DNA of 64,000 nucleotides from a virus (IMGVR_UViG_3300043449_002450:1-64000), one strand, 5' to 3'; shown: positions 7,752 to 17,108, counted from the stretch's first letter. Numbers and translations: made by a program. Notes: generated from the sequence alone by a model not told the origin.

Positions 7752-7829
7752 AAAATCTGCACCCCAAAATTTTTCTCTCGGGTCGTTTTGATGAAAAACT
7801 TCTCGGGAGAATTTTTTGACTTTTTAACC
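7752..7829 (+). repeat. Intergenic repeat copy C (AAAATCTGCACC ... AAAAACTTCTCGGGAGAATTTTTTGACTTTTTAACC)
   Basis: Aligns with 5274-5350. Confidence 0.75.
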
Positions 7830-8001
7830 CTTGCCGTCACACGCTGTATGGATTTTTTGTGCGAAGTGCCCTCACCATCTTCATCATTGATACTCTTGTC
7901 AAGGCGTCATTTATCATCACTTTCTACCTCCTGTTCTCCTTCATTCGGATCTCATTGCTGCCTGAGATCTATAGATATTTCCAGTAGATTCAGGAGCATT
8001 T

Positions 8002-8442
8002 GTGTCAGTCAAGCTACTTCGTGAGACCATCCAGACAATCTTGACAGAGGCCAGCTCATTAACAGACTTTGAGATCTCTGTCGAGCCTCCGAACACCATC
8101 AATGTTCGCAACAAGGTGACGGGTGGGAGCGGATCTTCTAGAAAGATTCAAGTCGAAGCAGAGATTGATGCGATATTGGGAACAACGACGGCGTTGCTCA
8201 AGGTCGACGAGCTTAGGATCAAGGCATTTAATCCTACAGCACCTGATGGCCAGCCTGTCCTGTCTGTCTATGTCAAGGTGAGCAAGATCGGCGTCTCTAA
8301 AGAAAGTGACGCTGATATCATAAACAAGTCTGCGTTGTTGGGCCTAGCTAACGCAGTCATCAACGGAACATCTTATACTGCGCCGTGGTCAGCAAAAAAG
8401 AACGGCATGCGTGTTCGTCTTATTGTCAACGGCAAGTCATGA
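8002..8442 (+). CDS. Hypothetical protein with N-terminal tag
   Basis: GTG start, AGGAG RBS; MSVKLLRETIQTILTEA. Confidence 0.75.
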   Translation: MSVKLLRETIQTILTEASSLTDFEISVEPPNTINVRNKVTGGSGSSRKIQVEAEIDAILGTTTALLKVDELRIKAFNPTAPDGQPVLSVYVKVSKIGVSKESDADIINKSALLGLANAVINGTSYTAPWSAKKNGMRVRLIVNGKS

Positions 8443-9545
8443 ACGCGATAAGAGGCTACATCAGGCAGGTCCTTGCTGAGGATTTGCGAGGATTTCTCAA
8501 CAAGACATGGGACATCTCTTACAACGTCGGCGGACAAAATGCCTCCTCGCTAGATCGTCCTGAAAATGCTGATATCAAGGATAAAGCTCGCGCGGTCAAG
8601 AGCGCCTGGTGGGAGGAGGCAGACCAGACTTTCTTTGCAAGTCTGACAAAAGTGCACTGGCTTTCCGATTCTGGGACATATAATCTGAGGCGAACAAATG
8701 AGGTTCTGAATAATGTCCTGTCGCTGGCGGCACAGGGATCTGAGCTTCCCACGACAGGTTACACTCCAGGCACTGTCCAAAATTTTGCCTGGGGTCAATG
8801 GGGCATTATTGTGGGAGGAGAAAAGTGTGTCGCCACCTTTGCCGCCAACTCCATGGAGGACGTTGTCTCAGGATATGTGACACGCGATGCCCTGGCTTTG
8901 TCTTTCTTGAAGCGGGGCAGAAATCCTCTTCCAAGGCGGCCTCTCAAATTCGACCCACAGCAAGGTGCGGGAGCCATGAGCAAGGATGAGGCAGTTGAGC
9001 TGCTCCTCCAGAATCCCACTTACCTGCTAGATGCTGACTCTTGGCGCGAGCCAACTCGTGGACGCACAAATGAGATCATTGTCAAGCATTGGAAGATTTT
9101 AGGCATCATCGTTGCTAATGAGGCGCAGATCACAGGGCTGATAGATGCAGCAAAAGGTGTGACTAAGGGAATATACAATCCTGCAACACGATCTTACATG
9201 CGTGTCAATGCTAGAGACATTCCTGATTGGAAGAATGATGCGATGAACTTGATCCAGACAATACTGGATTCTGGGTTGAGGGTCTTTGCTGCACCAGATA
9301 CAGAGAAGCCCGTTGATTTTAGAGTGTTGGTTCGAACTGCCCTAGGCGTTGAGGCTGCTGATACACAGGATGTCGATGTGGCTACAAGATTTGCGCCACC
9401 GGAGCCACCCAAGATGGTGTTACCTCCCGTCAAAGAGCCGCCTAGGCCCACAAGGTCTGCGCCGGAGCCTGTGCCTGCAGAGCAACCTGAGCAAAACTTG
9501 AAGCCTGAAGCGGGATTCTCCTGGCTTTTTGATCCTGTCAAGTAG
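8439..9545 (+). CDS. Hypothetical protein with N-terminal tag and Pro-rich tail
   Basis: ATGA overlap; MNAIRGYIRQVLAED. Confidence 0.75.
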   Translation: MNAIRGYIRQVLAEDLRGFLNKTWDISYNVGGQNASSLDRPENADIKDKARAVKSAWWEEADQTFFASLTKVHWLSDSGTYNLRRTNEVLNNVLSLAAQGSELPTTGYTPGTVQNFAWGQWGIIVGGEKCVATFAANSMEDVVSGYVTRDALALSFLKRGRNPLPRRPLKFDPQQGAGAMSKDEAVELLLQNPTYLLDADSWREPTRGRTNEIIVKHWKILGIIVANEAQITGLIDAAKGVTKGIYNPATRSYMRVNARDIPDWKNDAMNLIQTILDSGLRVFAAPDTEKPVDFRVLVRTALGVEAADTQDVDVATRFAPPEPPKMVLPPVKEPPRPTRSAPEPVPAEQPEQNLKPEAGFSWLFDPVK

Positions 9546-9557
9546 ATAATTAGCATC

Positions 9558-9980
9558 ATGAAACCTAAAAACGCTCTTCGAATGTTGATAAGAAGTGAGA
9601 TAGCTGATATCTTGGCAGAAGCAAAGAAGAAATCTGTATTGCCACCTTTGCCTCCAATAGCATCGACGCCAGAATTTGATACGGAGATGCGTGACATATC
9701 AACCATGCATGATCTTGGTTACGATATCGAGAGCATGCTAGGAACCGATATATTTGGATCGGGTGAGTATCCAGAAGGTGAGCAACTTTCTAGGAAGTCA
9801 AGGTATAGTGATCCAGAGGATCTCTATCGCAAGCCTTCTGCACAATGGATGGCACAGCATTTAGCAGCCAGCTCTGATCCCAGGAAGCGACAGGTAGGAA
9901 TGAATCTTCTTAAGAAAATGGAAGATATGATAGGTCATCAAAGATACACGAGACTTGGGTCTAGTGACGATGACTATTAA
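9558..9980 (+). CDS. Hypothetical protein with N-terminal tag
   Basis: MKPKNALRMLIRSEIADILAEA; ATAATTAG motif upstream. Confidence 0.75.
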   Translation: MKPKNALRMLIRSEIADILAEAKKKSVLPPLPPIASTPEFDTEMRDISTMHDLGYDIESMLGTDIFGSGEYPEGEQLSRKSRYSDPEDLYRKPSAQWMAQHLAASSDPRKRQVGMNLLKKMEDMIGHQRYTRLGSSDDDY

Positions 9981-10354
9981 TAAGAGATGAACAGCTTGAC
10001 TATTTGGCCGGCGACAGCGTTGGCCTGGTCCTCAAAGAATCCACCAACATCTTTGATCTTAGTCTTGCCAAAAAAGTCATGCTTGCCCTGCTGCATGTGA
10101 ACCATCTCATGTGCAATTGATCTGCACACATCAAAAACATGGCGTGTATCAGTGTATATCACGACATGATTATTTGATGGATTGAAATAAGCTGTTGTTT
10201 TTATTCCATGTTTTTCTCTATCACCCGTTAGAATAACACAGTAGTCTTGATCTTGCAAGTGAAGAAAGTCTTCTGCAAAGACACAGAACTGTGATATCTT
10301 TGAGATAGAATCTCTATCTTGACCGCATGTTTTTTCGGCAATTAGCTTCTTCAT
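9977..10354 (-). CDS. Zincin-like metallopeptidase-motif protein
   Basis: RSIAHEMVH (HExxH) with downstream EDQANA; short MKKLIAE leader. Confidence 0.7.
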   Translation of the reverse strand: MKKLIAEKTCGQDRDSISKISQFCVFAEDFLHLQDQDYCVILTGDREKHGIKTTAYFNPSNNHVVIYTDTRHVFDVCRSIAHEMVHMQQGKHDFFGKTKIKDVGGFFEDQANAVAGQIVKLFISY

Positions 10355-10419
10355 GTCTCTAATCTCGACCTATAAGTATTCATGGACATGCTATATTATT
10401 GGTTTGAGCAGGAGATAGG

Positions 10420-11610
10420 TTGTCAATCTTCAGAGAGCATAAGACTTCTGCAGACAGGTCTGCATCGGACCGGTCTCGTCACAAGAAGAAGATCGAAAAA
10501 GCGATCCGTGAAGGGATCACCGACATCATTGCCGAGGAATCGATCATTGGCCAAGATGGTAAGAAGCGCATCAAAATTCCTGTTAGAGGAATCAAAGAGT
10601 GGCAGTTCATCTATGGAGACAATGAGGGACAGAAGAAAGTTGGTTCTGCTCCAGGGCACGATCTAGAGGAAGGACAGGTAGTCAAGAAAGGCAAGGAGAA
10701 GACAAAGGGAAGCGGTGGAAAAGCAGGCAAGGACAAGGGCGAAGAGACATATGAGGTCGAGATATCACTCGATGAGTTGGCTGAGTATCTCTTTGATTCA
10801 CTTAACCTACCTGATCTAGACAAGAAGAAGTTTAAGAACATGCTTAGTTCCAAGCCAAAGAGGCACGGGACTAGGACAAATGGTATCCGCCCTAGGCTTG
10901 ATAAGAAGCTATCTGCAATTGAACGCATAAAGAGAAAAGCGGCAGCTAGAAGCGCAGGAAATATCGAGATCAATCCAGACAATGGTGAGGAGGTATTTCC
11001 TTTCCATGAGAATGATCTGCGATACCATTTTATCAAGAATAAGCCTAAAGAGGCCACAAACGCTGTTGTCTTCTTCATGATGGATGTCTCTGGCTCCATG
11101 ACCAAAGATATAAAATACGTCGCAAGATCGTTCTTTTTCATACTGTATCAATTCCTTCGATACAAATATGAGAACCTTGAGATTGTCTTCATATCGCACA
11201 CAACAGAAGCATCTGAAGTTGATGAGGATTCTTTCTTTAAGAGAATAGAATCGGGTGGGACATATGTCAGTTCTGCTCCAAATCTTGCTCTTGAGATCGC
11301 CAACGAAAGGTATCACCCATCATCTTGGAACGTCTACGCGTTCCATTGCACTGATGGTGATAACTGGGGCGAAGACAACCTAAAGGCTCAAAAAGCTTTT
11401 AGGGAGCTTGCAGACATCTGCCAGATGGTTGGGTATTTTGAGATATTGCTTGGAACATCAAAGGGAGAATGGAATGAGGATGTCGATAAGACGCTCTGGG
11501 GTCACCTTCTAAAGATGAAACATGATAACTTTAAGATGAACATCCTCAAGAGTGTAACAGACATCTGGCCGACGTTCAATAAGCTTTTTGGAGGATTACC
11601 TGATGTCTGA
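10420..11610 (+). CDS. yeaH: YeaH/YhbH (DUF444) family protein with VWA MIDAS motif
   Basis: DRSRHKKKI, IAEESII, KIPVRGIKE, MDVSGSM, ESGGTYVSSA, WNVYAFHCTDGDNW. Confidence 0.92.
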   Translation: MSIFREHKTSADRSASDRSRHKKKIEKAIREGITDIIAEESIIGQDGKKRIKIPVRGIKEWQFIYGDNEGQKKVGSAPGHDLEEGQVVKKGKEKTKGSGGKAGKDKGEETYEVEISLDELAEYLFDSLNLPDLDKKKFKNMLSSKPKRHGTRTNGIRPRLDKKLSAIERIKRKAAARSAGNIEINPDNGEEVFPFHENDLRYHFIKNKPKEATNAVVFFMMDVSGSMTKDIKYVARSFFFILYQFLRYKYENLEIVFISHTTEASEVDEDSFFKRIESGGTYVSSAPNLALEIANERYHPSSWNVYAFHCTDGDNWGEDNLKAQKAFRELADICQMVGYFEILLGTSKGEWNEDVDKTLWGHLLKMKHDNFKMNILKSVTDIWPTFNKLFGGLPDV

Positions 11611-12907
11611 GTGGTCTATGGAAGATCTGAATGCTTGGGACCAGAAGATCTGTAAGATCGCAAAAGAGTGCGGATTAGACTGGTATGAGATCGCGTATGA
11701 GACATGTGATTACTTTGAGATGATCGGTAACATGTCATACCACGGTATGCCCAGCCATTTTTCTCACTGGTCATACGGAAAGTCTTTCGAGCGGACTCAC
11801 TTCATGTATAATGCGGGTCAAGAAGGCCTGCCTTATGAGCTGATTATTAACTCGAATCCGTCTATTGCCTATTTGATGGTTGAGAACCCACTATACTTGC
11901 AAGTTCTTATCATGGCGCATTGCGTCGGTCATTCTGACTTCTTTAAGAATAATAGGACATTTAAAGATACTGACGCTGATATGATCACTTCAAAATTTAG
12001 AAGTGCCAGAGCTCGAATACAGAGCTATATTGAAGATCCTTCAATTGGAATCGACAAAGTTGAAAAACTGATTGATGCCTGCCACAGCATTCAATACCAG
12101 ATAGATCGAAGAGGGAGATTTAGAAGATCTGAGAGGGAACTGGTAGATTCTTTCATGCAGGATGAGAAGAATACAAAAAAGAATAAAGATCTGGAGTCTA
12201 TTAAGTTTCCAATAGAACCTGAGTATGATGTTTTACTATTTCTAGTAGAGAATTGTAAAAGACTAGCTCCCTGGCAGAAAGATGTAATAGAGATTATTAG
12301 ATCAGAATCGCTCTATTTCATGCCACAGATTAGAACGAAGATAATGAATGAGGGATGGGCCAGCTTCTGGCACTACAGGATACTCCAAAAGCTAGATCTA
12401 CCTGATGAGATGCATATTCCATTTTTAAGAATTCATAATCTAGTTCTTAGACCCTGGGGAGGATCAATTAATCCTTATCATCTTGGGTTTGAAATCTTTA
12501 AGAAGATAGAGGAAGAGAGAGGTCTTGAGGAATGTTTCATAGCAAGAGAGGTTCACAATGATGAATCTTTTATCATGCAATATCTTGATAGAGAGATCTG
12601 TGAAAGACTTAACCTGTTTACTTACTCCCTAAAATCAAAGAGTGGGGACTGGACGATAGACGATCTATCTGACGAAGATGGCTGGAAGGAAGTAAGAGGA
12701 GCTCTCTTAGCAAATGTTGCTGGGAATGGAATACCGACCATATACGTCGATGAGGTCCAGAAGGATACTTTAGTATTAAGACATGAACATGATGGTCGTG
12801 ATCTTGAGCTTGACTACGCTGAGAATTGTGTGAGAAACATCAAAGAAATTTGGGGCGGACCTGTTAAGCTCTTTACTAAGATAGAGGATGAAGATTTTGA
12901 AATCTAA
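11603..12907 (+). CDS. spoVR: SpoVR/YcgB family protein
   Basis: GMPSHFSHWSYGK, YELIINSNPSIAYL, AHCVGHSDFFKNN, TKIMNEGWASFWH, NPYHLG. Confidence 0.93.
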   Translation: MSEWSMEDLNAWDQKICKIAKECGLDWYEIAYETCDYFEMIGNMSYHGMPSHFSHWSYGKSFERTHFMYNAGQEGLPYELIINSNPSIAYLMVENPLYLQVLIMAHCVGHSDFFKNNRTFKDTDADMITSKFRSARARIQSYIEDPSIGIDKVEKLIDACHSIQYQIDRRGRFRRSERELVDSFMQDEKNTKKNKDLESIKFPIEPEYDVLLFLVENCKRLAPWQKDVIEIIRSESLYFMPQIRTKIMNEGWASFWHYRILQKLDLPDEMHIPFLRIHNLVLRPWGGSINPYHLGFEIFKKIEEERGLEECFIAREVHNDESFIMQYLDREICERLNLFTYSLKSKSGDWTIDDLSDEDGWKEVRGALLANVAGNGIPTIYVDEVQKDTLVLRHEHDGRDLELDYAENCVRNIKEIWGGPVKLFTKIEDEDFEI

Positions 12908-12923
12908 CAATAGGAGTCAACCG

Positions 12924-14849
12924 ATGGATTTTCTTGAACTTATTAAGAAGCAGCGCGAAGAAGGGCAGAAGGAATCCTGGCGTGGGACCCTAATTGATTA
13001 TCTCGCTCTTGTTAAAAATGATCCAACTATCCCAAAACTTGCGGCAAGTCGACTCTATGATTCTATAGCAAACTATGGTGTCAGCTCAATGTCTGATGCT
13101 GACCCAAGGTGTAGGAAGCTGTTTGATGGGGATAAGCTAAAGATCTATGACTATTTTAAGGACGATTTTTATGGTCATGAAAGAGTCATTGCCAAGATCA
13201 TGAGATTTCTCAGAGCAGCATCACTAAAGGGCGAAGAGAGTCGTCAGGTTCTTTTACTGATGGGTCCTGTCGGGTCAGGTAAATCAGCGCTGGCTGACGC
13301 TCTAAAGAAGGCGCTTGAGAAGGGCGCAGAACCTGTCTATCATCTTGAGGGCTGCCCAGTTCGAGAGGAGCCACTTCATCTTCTTCCAAGATCACTCAGA
13401 GATGACTTCTCTAAGATGTTAGGTGCACATATTGAGGGAGATCTGTGCCCAGTGTGTCGATACAGGCTCATGAATGAGTTCAATGGTGAGTATGAGAAAT
13501 TCCCAATTGTTAGGACGTCATTCTCTCAGCGTGCTCGGCGCGGTATTGCCGTGGTTCCTCCCATGGATGCCAACTCTCAGGACGTCTCGGCACTCATCGG
13601 CTCAGAGGACATCTCCAAGCTGGACAAATACAGCGAGTCTGACCCACGTGTTCTCAATCTTGACGGTGCTTTCAACGTGGGCAACCGAGGAACTGTAGAG
13701 TTTGTTGAGATCTTCAAGAACGAGATCGAGTTTCTCCACACAATCATCACAGCAACCCAGGAAAAGAATGTTCCAACGCCTGGTAAGAATGGAATGCTCT
13801 ACTTCGATGGTGTCATCATCTCACACTGCAATGAATCAGAGTGGAATCGCTTCAAGTCTGAGCACACTAACGAGGCCATTCTCGACCGTGTCGTGAAGAT
13901 TGAGGTCCCATATGTCCTGGAGCTCACACAGGAGATGAAGATCTATGAGAAGATGATTCGTAAATCAGACTTCAAGGCGCACCTTGCACCTCACACAATC
14001 AAGGTTGCTGCCATGTTCTCAGTGATGAGCCGTCTAAAGCCTTCACAGAAATGTGACCCGCTCACCAAGATGAAGATCTATGACGGGCAGGAAGTTGTTG
14101 AGAAGGGCCGGACCAAGAAGGTTGATATCAAGGACCTACGTGAGGAGGTCCGTCACGAGGGCATGGATGGAATCTCTACCCGATTCATCACCAAGGCTAT
14201 TGACTCGGCGCTAACTGACTCTGACAAGAGCTTTATCACACCAATGAGAGTTGTTGATGCACTTATCAAGCAGGTGAAGGAGCAGGTTGTAGACGAGGAG
14301 AAGAAGAAGGTCTACCTTGAGCTTCTCCAAAAGGTCATTCGAGAGGAATATCTTAAGATTCTCGAGGGTGAGATTGCCAAGGCATTCGTCACCGCCTATG
14401 AGGAGCAGGCTCAGAGCCTCTTCGACAACTATCTTGATAATGCTGAGGCATTTACGACCAAGCAAAAGATGAAGGATCGTGTCACAAATGAAGAGCGTGA
14501 TCCAGATGAGAAGTTCCTGCGTGCCATCGAAGAGCAGATTGGTATTAGCGGATCTGCTAAGGATGGCTTTAGAGCAGATGTGACTTCATACATGTTCGCA
14601 AAGGTCCGTCGCGGCCAGAAGGTTGACTACAAGGCATACGAGCCACTCAAGGAGGCAATTGAGAGCTATCTGATTGCATCCGTCAAGGATCTTGCGAGGA
14701 TTGTAACAAAGTCCAAGAGCAGGGACAACGAGCAGCAAAAGAAATATTCTGACATGGTTATGACACTTGTCAATGATTATGGATACACAGCAGATTCTGC
14801 AGAAGAGATCATCACATTTGCTGCCAATAATCTTTGGAGAGATTCTTGA
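12924..14849 (+). CDS. prkA: PrkA/YeaG family AAA+ ATPase / serine protein kinase
   Basis: Walker A LMGPVGSGKS, CPVREEPLHL, GNRGTVEFVEIFK, NEAILDR, EGMDGISTRF. Confidence 0.93.
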   Translation: MDFLELIKKQREEGQKESWRGTLIDYLALVKNDPTIPKLAASRLYDSIANYGVSSMSDADPRCRKLFDGDKLKIYDYFKDDFYGHERVIAKIMRFLRAASLKGEESRQVLLLMGPVGSGKSALADALKKALEKGAEPVYHLEGCPVREEPLHLLPRSLRDDFSKMLGAHIEGDLCPVCRYRLMNEFNGEYEKFPIVRTSFSQRARRGIAVVPPMDANSQDVSALIGSEDISKLDKYSESDPRVLNLDGAFNVGNRGTVEFVEIFKNEIEFLHTIITATQEKNVPTPGKNGMLYFDGVIISHCNESEWNRFKSEHTNEAILDRVVKIEVPYVLELTQEMKIYEKMIRKSDFKAHLAPHTIKVAAMFSVMSRLKPSQKCDPLTKMKIYDGQEVVEKGRTKKVDIKDLREEVRHEGMDGISTRFITKAIDSALTDSDKSFITPMRVVDALIKQVKEQVVDEEKKKVYLELLQKVIREEYLKILEGEIAKAFVTAYEEQAQSLFDNYLDNAEAFTTKQKMKDRVTNEERDPDEKFLRAIEEQIGISGSAKDGFRADVTSYMFAKVRRGQKVDYKAYEPLKEAIESYLIASVKDLARIVTKSKSRDNEQQKKYSDMVMTLVNDYGYTADSAEEIITFAANNLWRDS

Positions 14850-14861
14850 TAGAATTATTTC

Positions 14862-16154
14862 ATGTATAGAGATGTGCTGGATCGAAAACAGATAATCTCA
14901 AGGATGAGAAAAGCTTGTGAGAATGTTGATAGAGTTGTGAGCTCTGGAAATGCGTATACAACACTTGGTAATCACAGGGATCCGGTTCAAACTCTATTAA
15001 TGAGAAGATCATCGGGTGATGGAATAATCATGCCGATGATCGAATCTGCTGCGATTGATGCTGAATTAAAATCAGCTGGGTCCGGCGAGATTTTTCTTAA
15101 GATGGTTGCTAAATATTTGTCATCTGATCTGAGAAATGAGGATATTAAGCTCATTGATAGTGAATGGCTAGACATTTTAGATCATGTTAAGACACATTCT
15201 ACTCCTGCCAGAAAACGCGATATAGCAAATATTTTGCCTAAAAGTGATGTATTTTCTAATGTAATTAGAAAAACATTTGATGAAATAAGATGTGGTGATC
15301 GTGTTATAGTCAAAAAATCGCCGACAAATTCTACATCAATTTCAAGATCAAGTGGATTTGTTTTTTCTGGCTTGAATATTGATAAGCGATTTCACAGCAA
15401 AGGTCTCTGGTCAAAGAAAAACTGCAGAATTATTCTAATCGATGGTGTTATAGAAAACATAAGTGAGATTCATAGACTTCTTGAGGATCTTTCAAAGAGC
15501 AGGCAACCTGCAATTATCGTGTGCATTGATGCTCTACCTGATGTTTGTGAAACGCTTGCAAAGAATTATGAGATTGGTAATTTAGAAGTTATCCTAATAA
15601 AGATTCCCATAGATGAAACACACATCAACTCTCTTGTAGACATGGGAGTAATCACACAGATACCTCCTGTATCTGCAGGTAGAGGCGAGACAATATCACA
15701 AGGCTGTCTTAGACAGACTTTTATTGCCAATAGAGTCAATGTGTTAAGAGATCAAATAGTGATCGAAGATGATAAATCACACAGAGAAATAAACAAACAT
15801 ATTGAAGAACTTAGAAAAAGAATCGATGATAATCGAGAATTACAAATCATTCTGGAACCCAGAATATTGAGTATGTGTGGTGCATCAATTCAGATAAATG
15901 TTGGAATTGATGATTTAAAGAGAGATCCAAATATTGTTGAAAAGCTTGATAGGTTCTTTAGAATGATTCCAAAAATCTTAAATTTTGGCATTATCAATAA
16001 AAAAGACTTGTCAAGGTTTTCTAGTGACAAGGTGTGTTTATTATTTGGTGAGCAAGATGCTGCTTCTTCTGCAACAATTTCTAAATCGATTGAGATTTTT
16101 CTTTCGATCAAGAAAAGTATCGGAAGTTCAGGAGCTGCAATCGAATCAGTTTAA
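14862..16154 (+). CDS. Divergent GroEL/Cpn60-like chaperonin
   Basis: Apical-domain-like segment IILIDGVIENISEIHRLLEDLSKSRQPAIIVC...ETLAKNY..GNLEVILIKIP; no GDGTTT motif. Confidence 0.7.
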   Translation: MYRDVLDRKQIISRMRKACENVDRVVSSGNAYTTLGNHRDPVQTLLMRRSSGDGIIMPMIESAAIDAELKSAGSGEIFLKMVAKYLSSDLRNEDIKLIDSEWLDILDHVKTHSTPARKRDIANILPKSDVFSNVIRKTFDEIRCGDRVIVKKSPTNSTSISRSSGFVFSGLNIDKRFHSKGLWSKKNCRIILIDGVIENISEIHRLLEDLSKSRQPAIIVCIDALPDVCETLAKNYEIGNLEVILIKIPIDETHINSLVDMGVITQIPPVSAGRGETISQGCLRQTFIANRVNVLRDQIVIEDDKSHREINKHIEELRKRIDDNRELQIILEPRILSMCGASIQINVGIDDLKRDPNIVEKLDRFFRMIPKILNFGIINKKDLSRFSSDKVCLLFGEQDAASSATISKSIEIFLSIKKSIGSSGAAIESV

Positions 16155-16176
16155 TATCGAGGAAGCAAAAAAATCA

Positions 16177-16401
16177 ATGTCTAAAACTTTAAGGCTAAGG
16201 ACTGACTTTAAGGTCTCAATAGACCACATTAGAGACAGGGTAATTAGTAACCTTGCCGAGGGGAAGAATCAAAAGCGTTATAACATCTCTGATTCTGACT
16301 TAAATGCAATTGTTAGAATTGTTGAAGCATCATTTGAGCAGGGTTTTATCACTGTCTCTGGACAGATCGAAAAGTCAATTAATGAGGCGATGAGGAAGTA
16401 G
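16177..16401 (+). CDS. Small helical hypothetical protein
   Basis: ATG at 16177 (MSKTLRLRTDF...); fills the gap between coupled genes. Confidence 0.65.
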   Translation: MSKTLRLRTDFKVSIDHIRDRVISNLAEGKNQKRYNISDSDLNAIVRIVEASFEQGFITVSGQIEKSINEAMRK

Positions 16402-16403
16402 AA

Positions 16404-16874
16404 ATGTCTCTCGAAGGTGTGAAGCACCTAATACAATGTCATTGTGTATTACCACAATACAGAAATTCTAGCCAGGCCGTATTTCATAGATTTGTGGTTT
16501 TTAGCACAATTGAAGACGACCTGTTTAAAGAAAAAGTAGTTCAATGTAATAACTGTGGAGTTTTACATCGTGTCATAGACCAATGCAGGTCTGAGATATT
16601 ACATGGCAAAGACGAGAGCAGTTCTATTAGAACTATTGAAGATGTAGAAGTGTGTCTACCAGAGCGTCTTGCAGCGTATCTAAAGACACAAAATGTCGAT
16701 CTTGCAACTTGGGAACAGGTTGAATTCATTGTTGAAAACTCTAGCGAAGATACAGATGTCGTAATTCGCAGAGATGAACAAGGAATTCACACTAATGTAA
16801 AGATTCTCACGATCAAGAGAGATGGAAATTTTAAAGTTCGATCTGAGATTATCAACAATACTTTGGAGGCATAG
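16404..16874 (+). CDS. Cys-rich hypothetical protein
   Basis: QCHCVLPQY, QCNNCGVLH and QCRSEI suggest metal binding. Confidence 0.75.
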   Translation: MSLEGVKHLIQCHCVLPQYRNSSQAVFHRFVVFSTIEDDLFKEKVVQCNNCGVLHRVIDQCRSEILHGKDESSSIRTIEDVEVCLPERLAAYLKTQNVDLATWEQVEFIVENSSEDTDVVIRRDEQGIHTNVKILTIKRDGNFKVRSEIINNTLEA

Positions 16875-17107
16875 TGAATTACGATAATTCTAAAGTCTCG
16901 CAAGTGGCTAAACAACTTCAGGCTTGCCGAGATATAGTCAGAGAGATTGATAATTTTGGAATTAATGAGATCCAAAGAACACAGGTGATTTACCTTTTGT
17001 CACTGGGATTAGAAAATAGAGAAGCTATGCTAGATATTTCTGCAGCAGCTAAGAAACACCTTGGCAATCCGCTAGAGGATGCCGAAAAGACACAATTGGA
17101 GGTATAA
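16874..17107 (+). CDS. Hypothetical protein
   Basis: GTG start coupled to the previous stop; GGAGG RBS. Confidence 0.7.
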   Translation: MNYDNSKVSQVAKQLQACRDIVREIDNFGINEIQRTQVIYLLSLGLENREAMLDISAAAKKHLGNPLEDAEKTQLEV

Positions 17108-17108
17108 T

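Noticed and set aside
5149-7829. CRISPR array or integron attC sites
   Set aside because: The repeats are degenerate and separated by whole genes, with no regular spacers. No attC-type RYYYAAC/GTTRRRY structure or integrase was seen.
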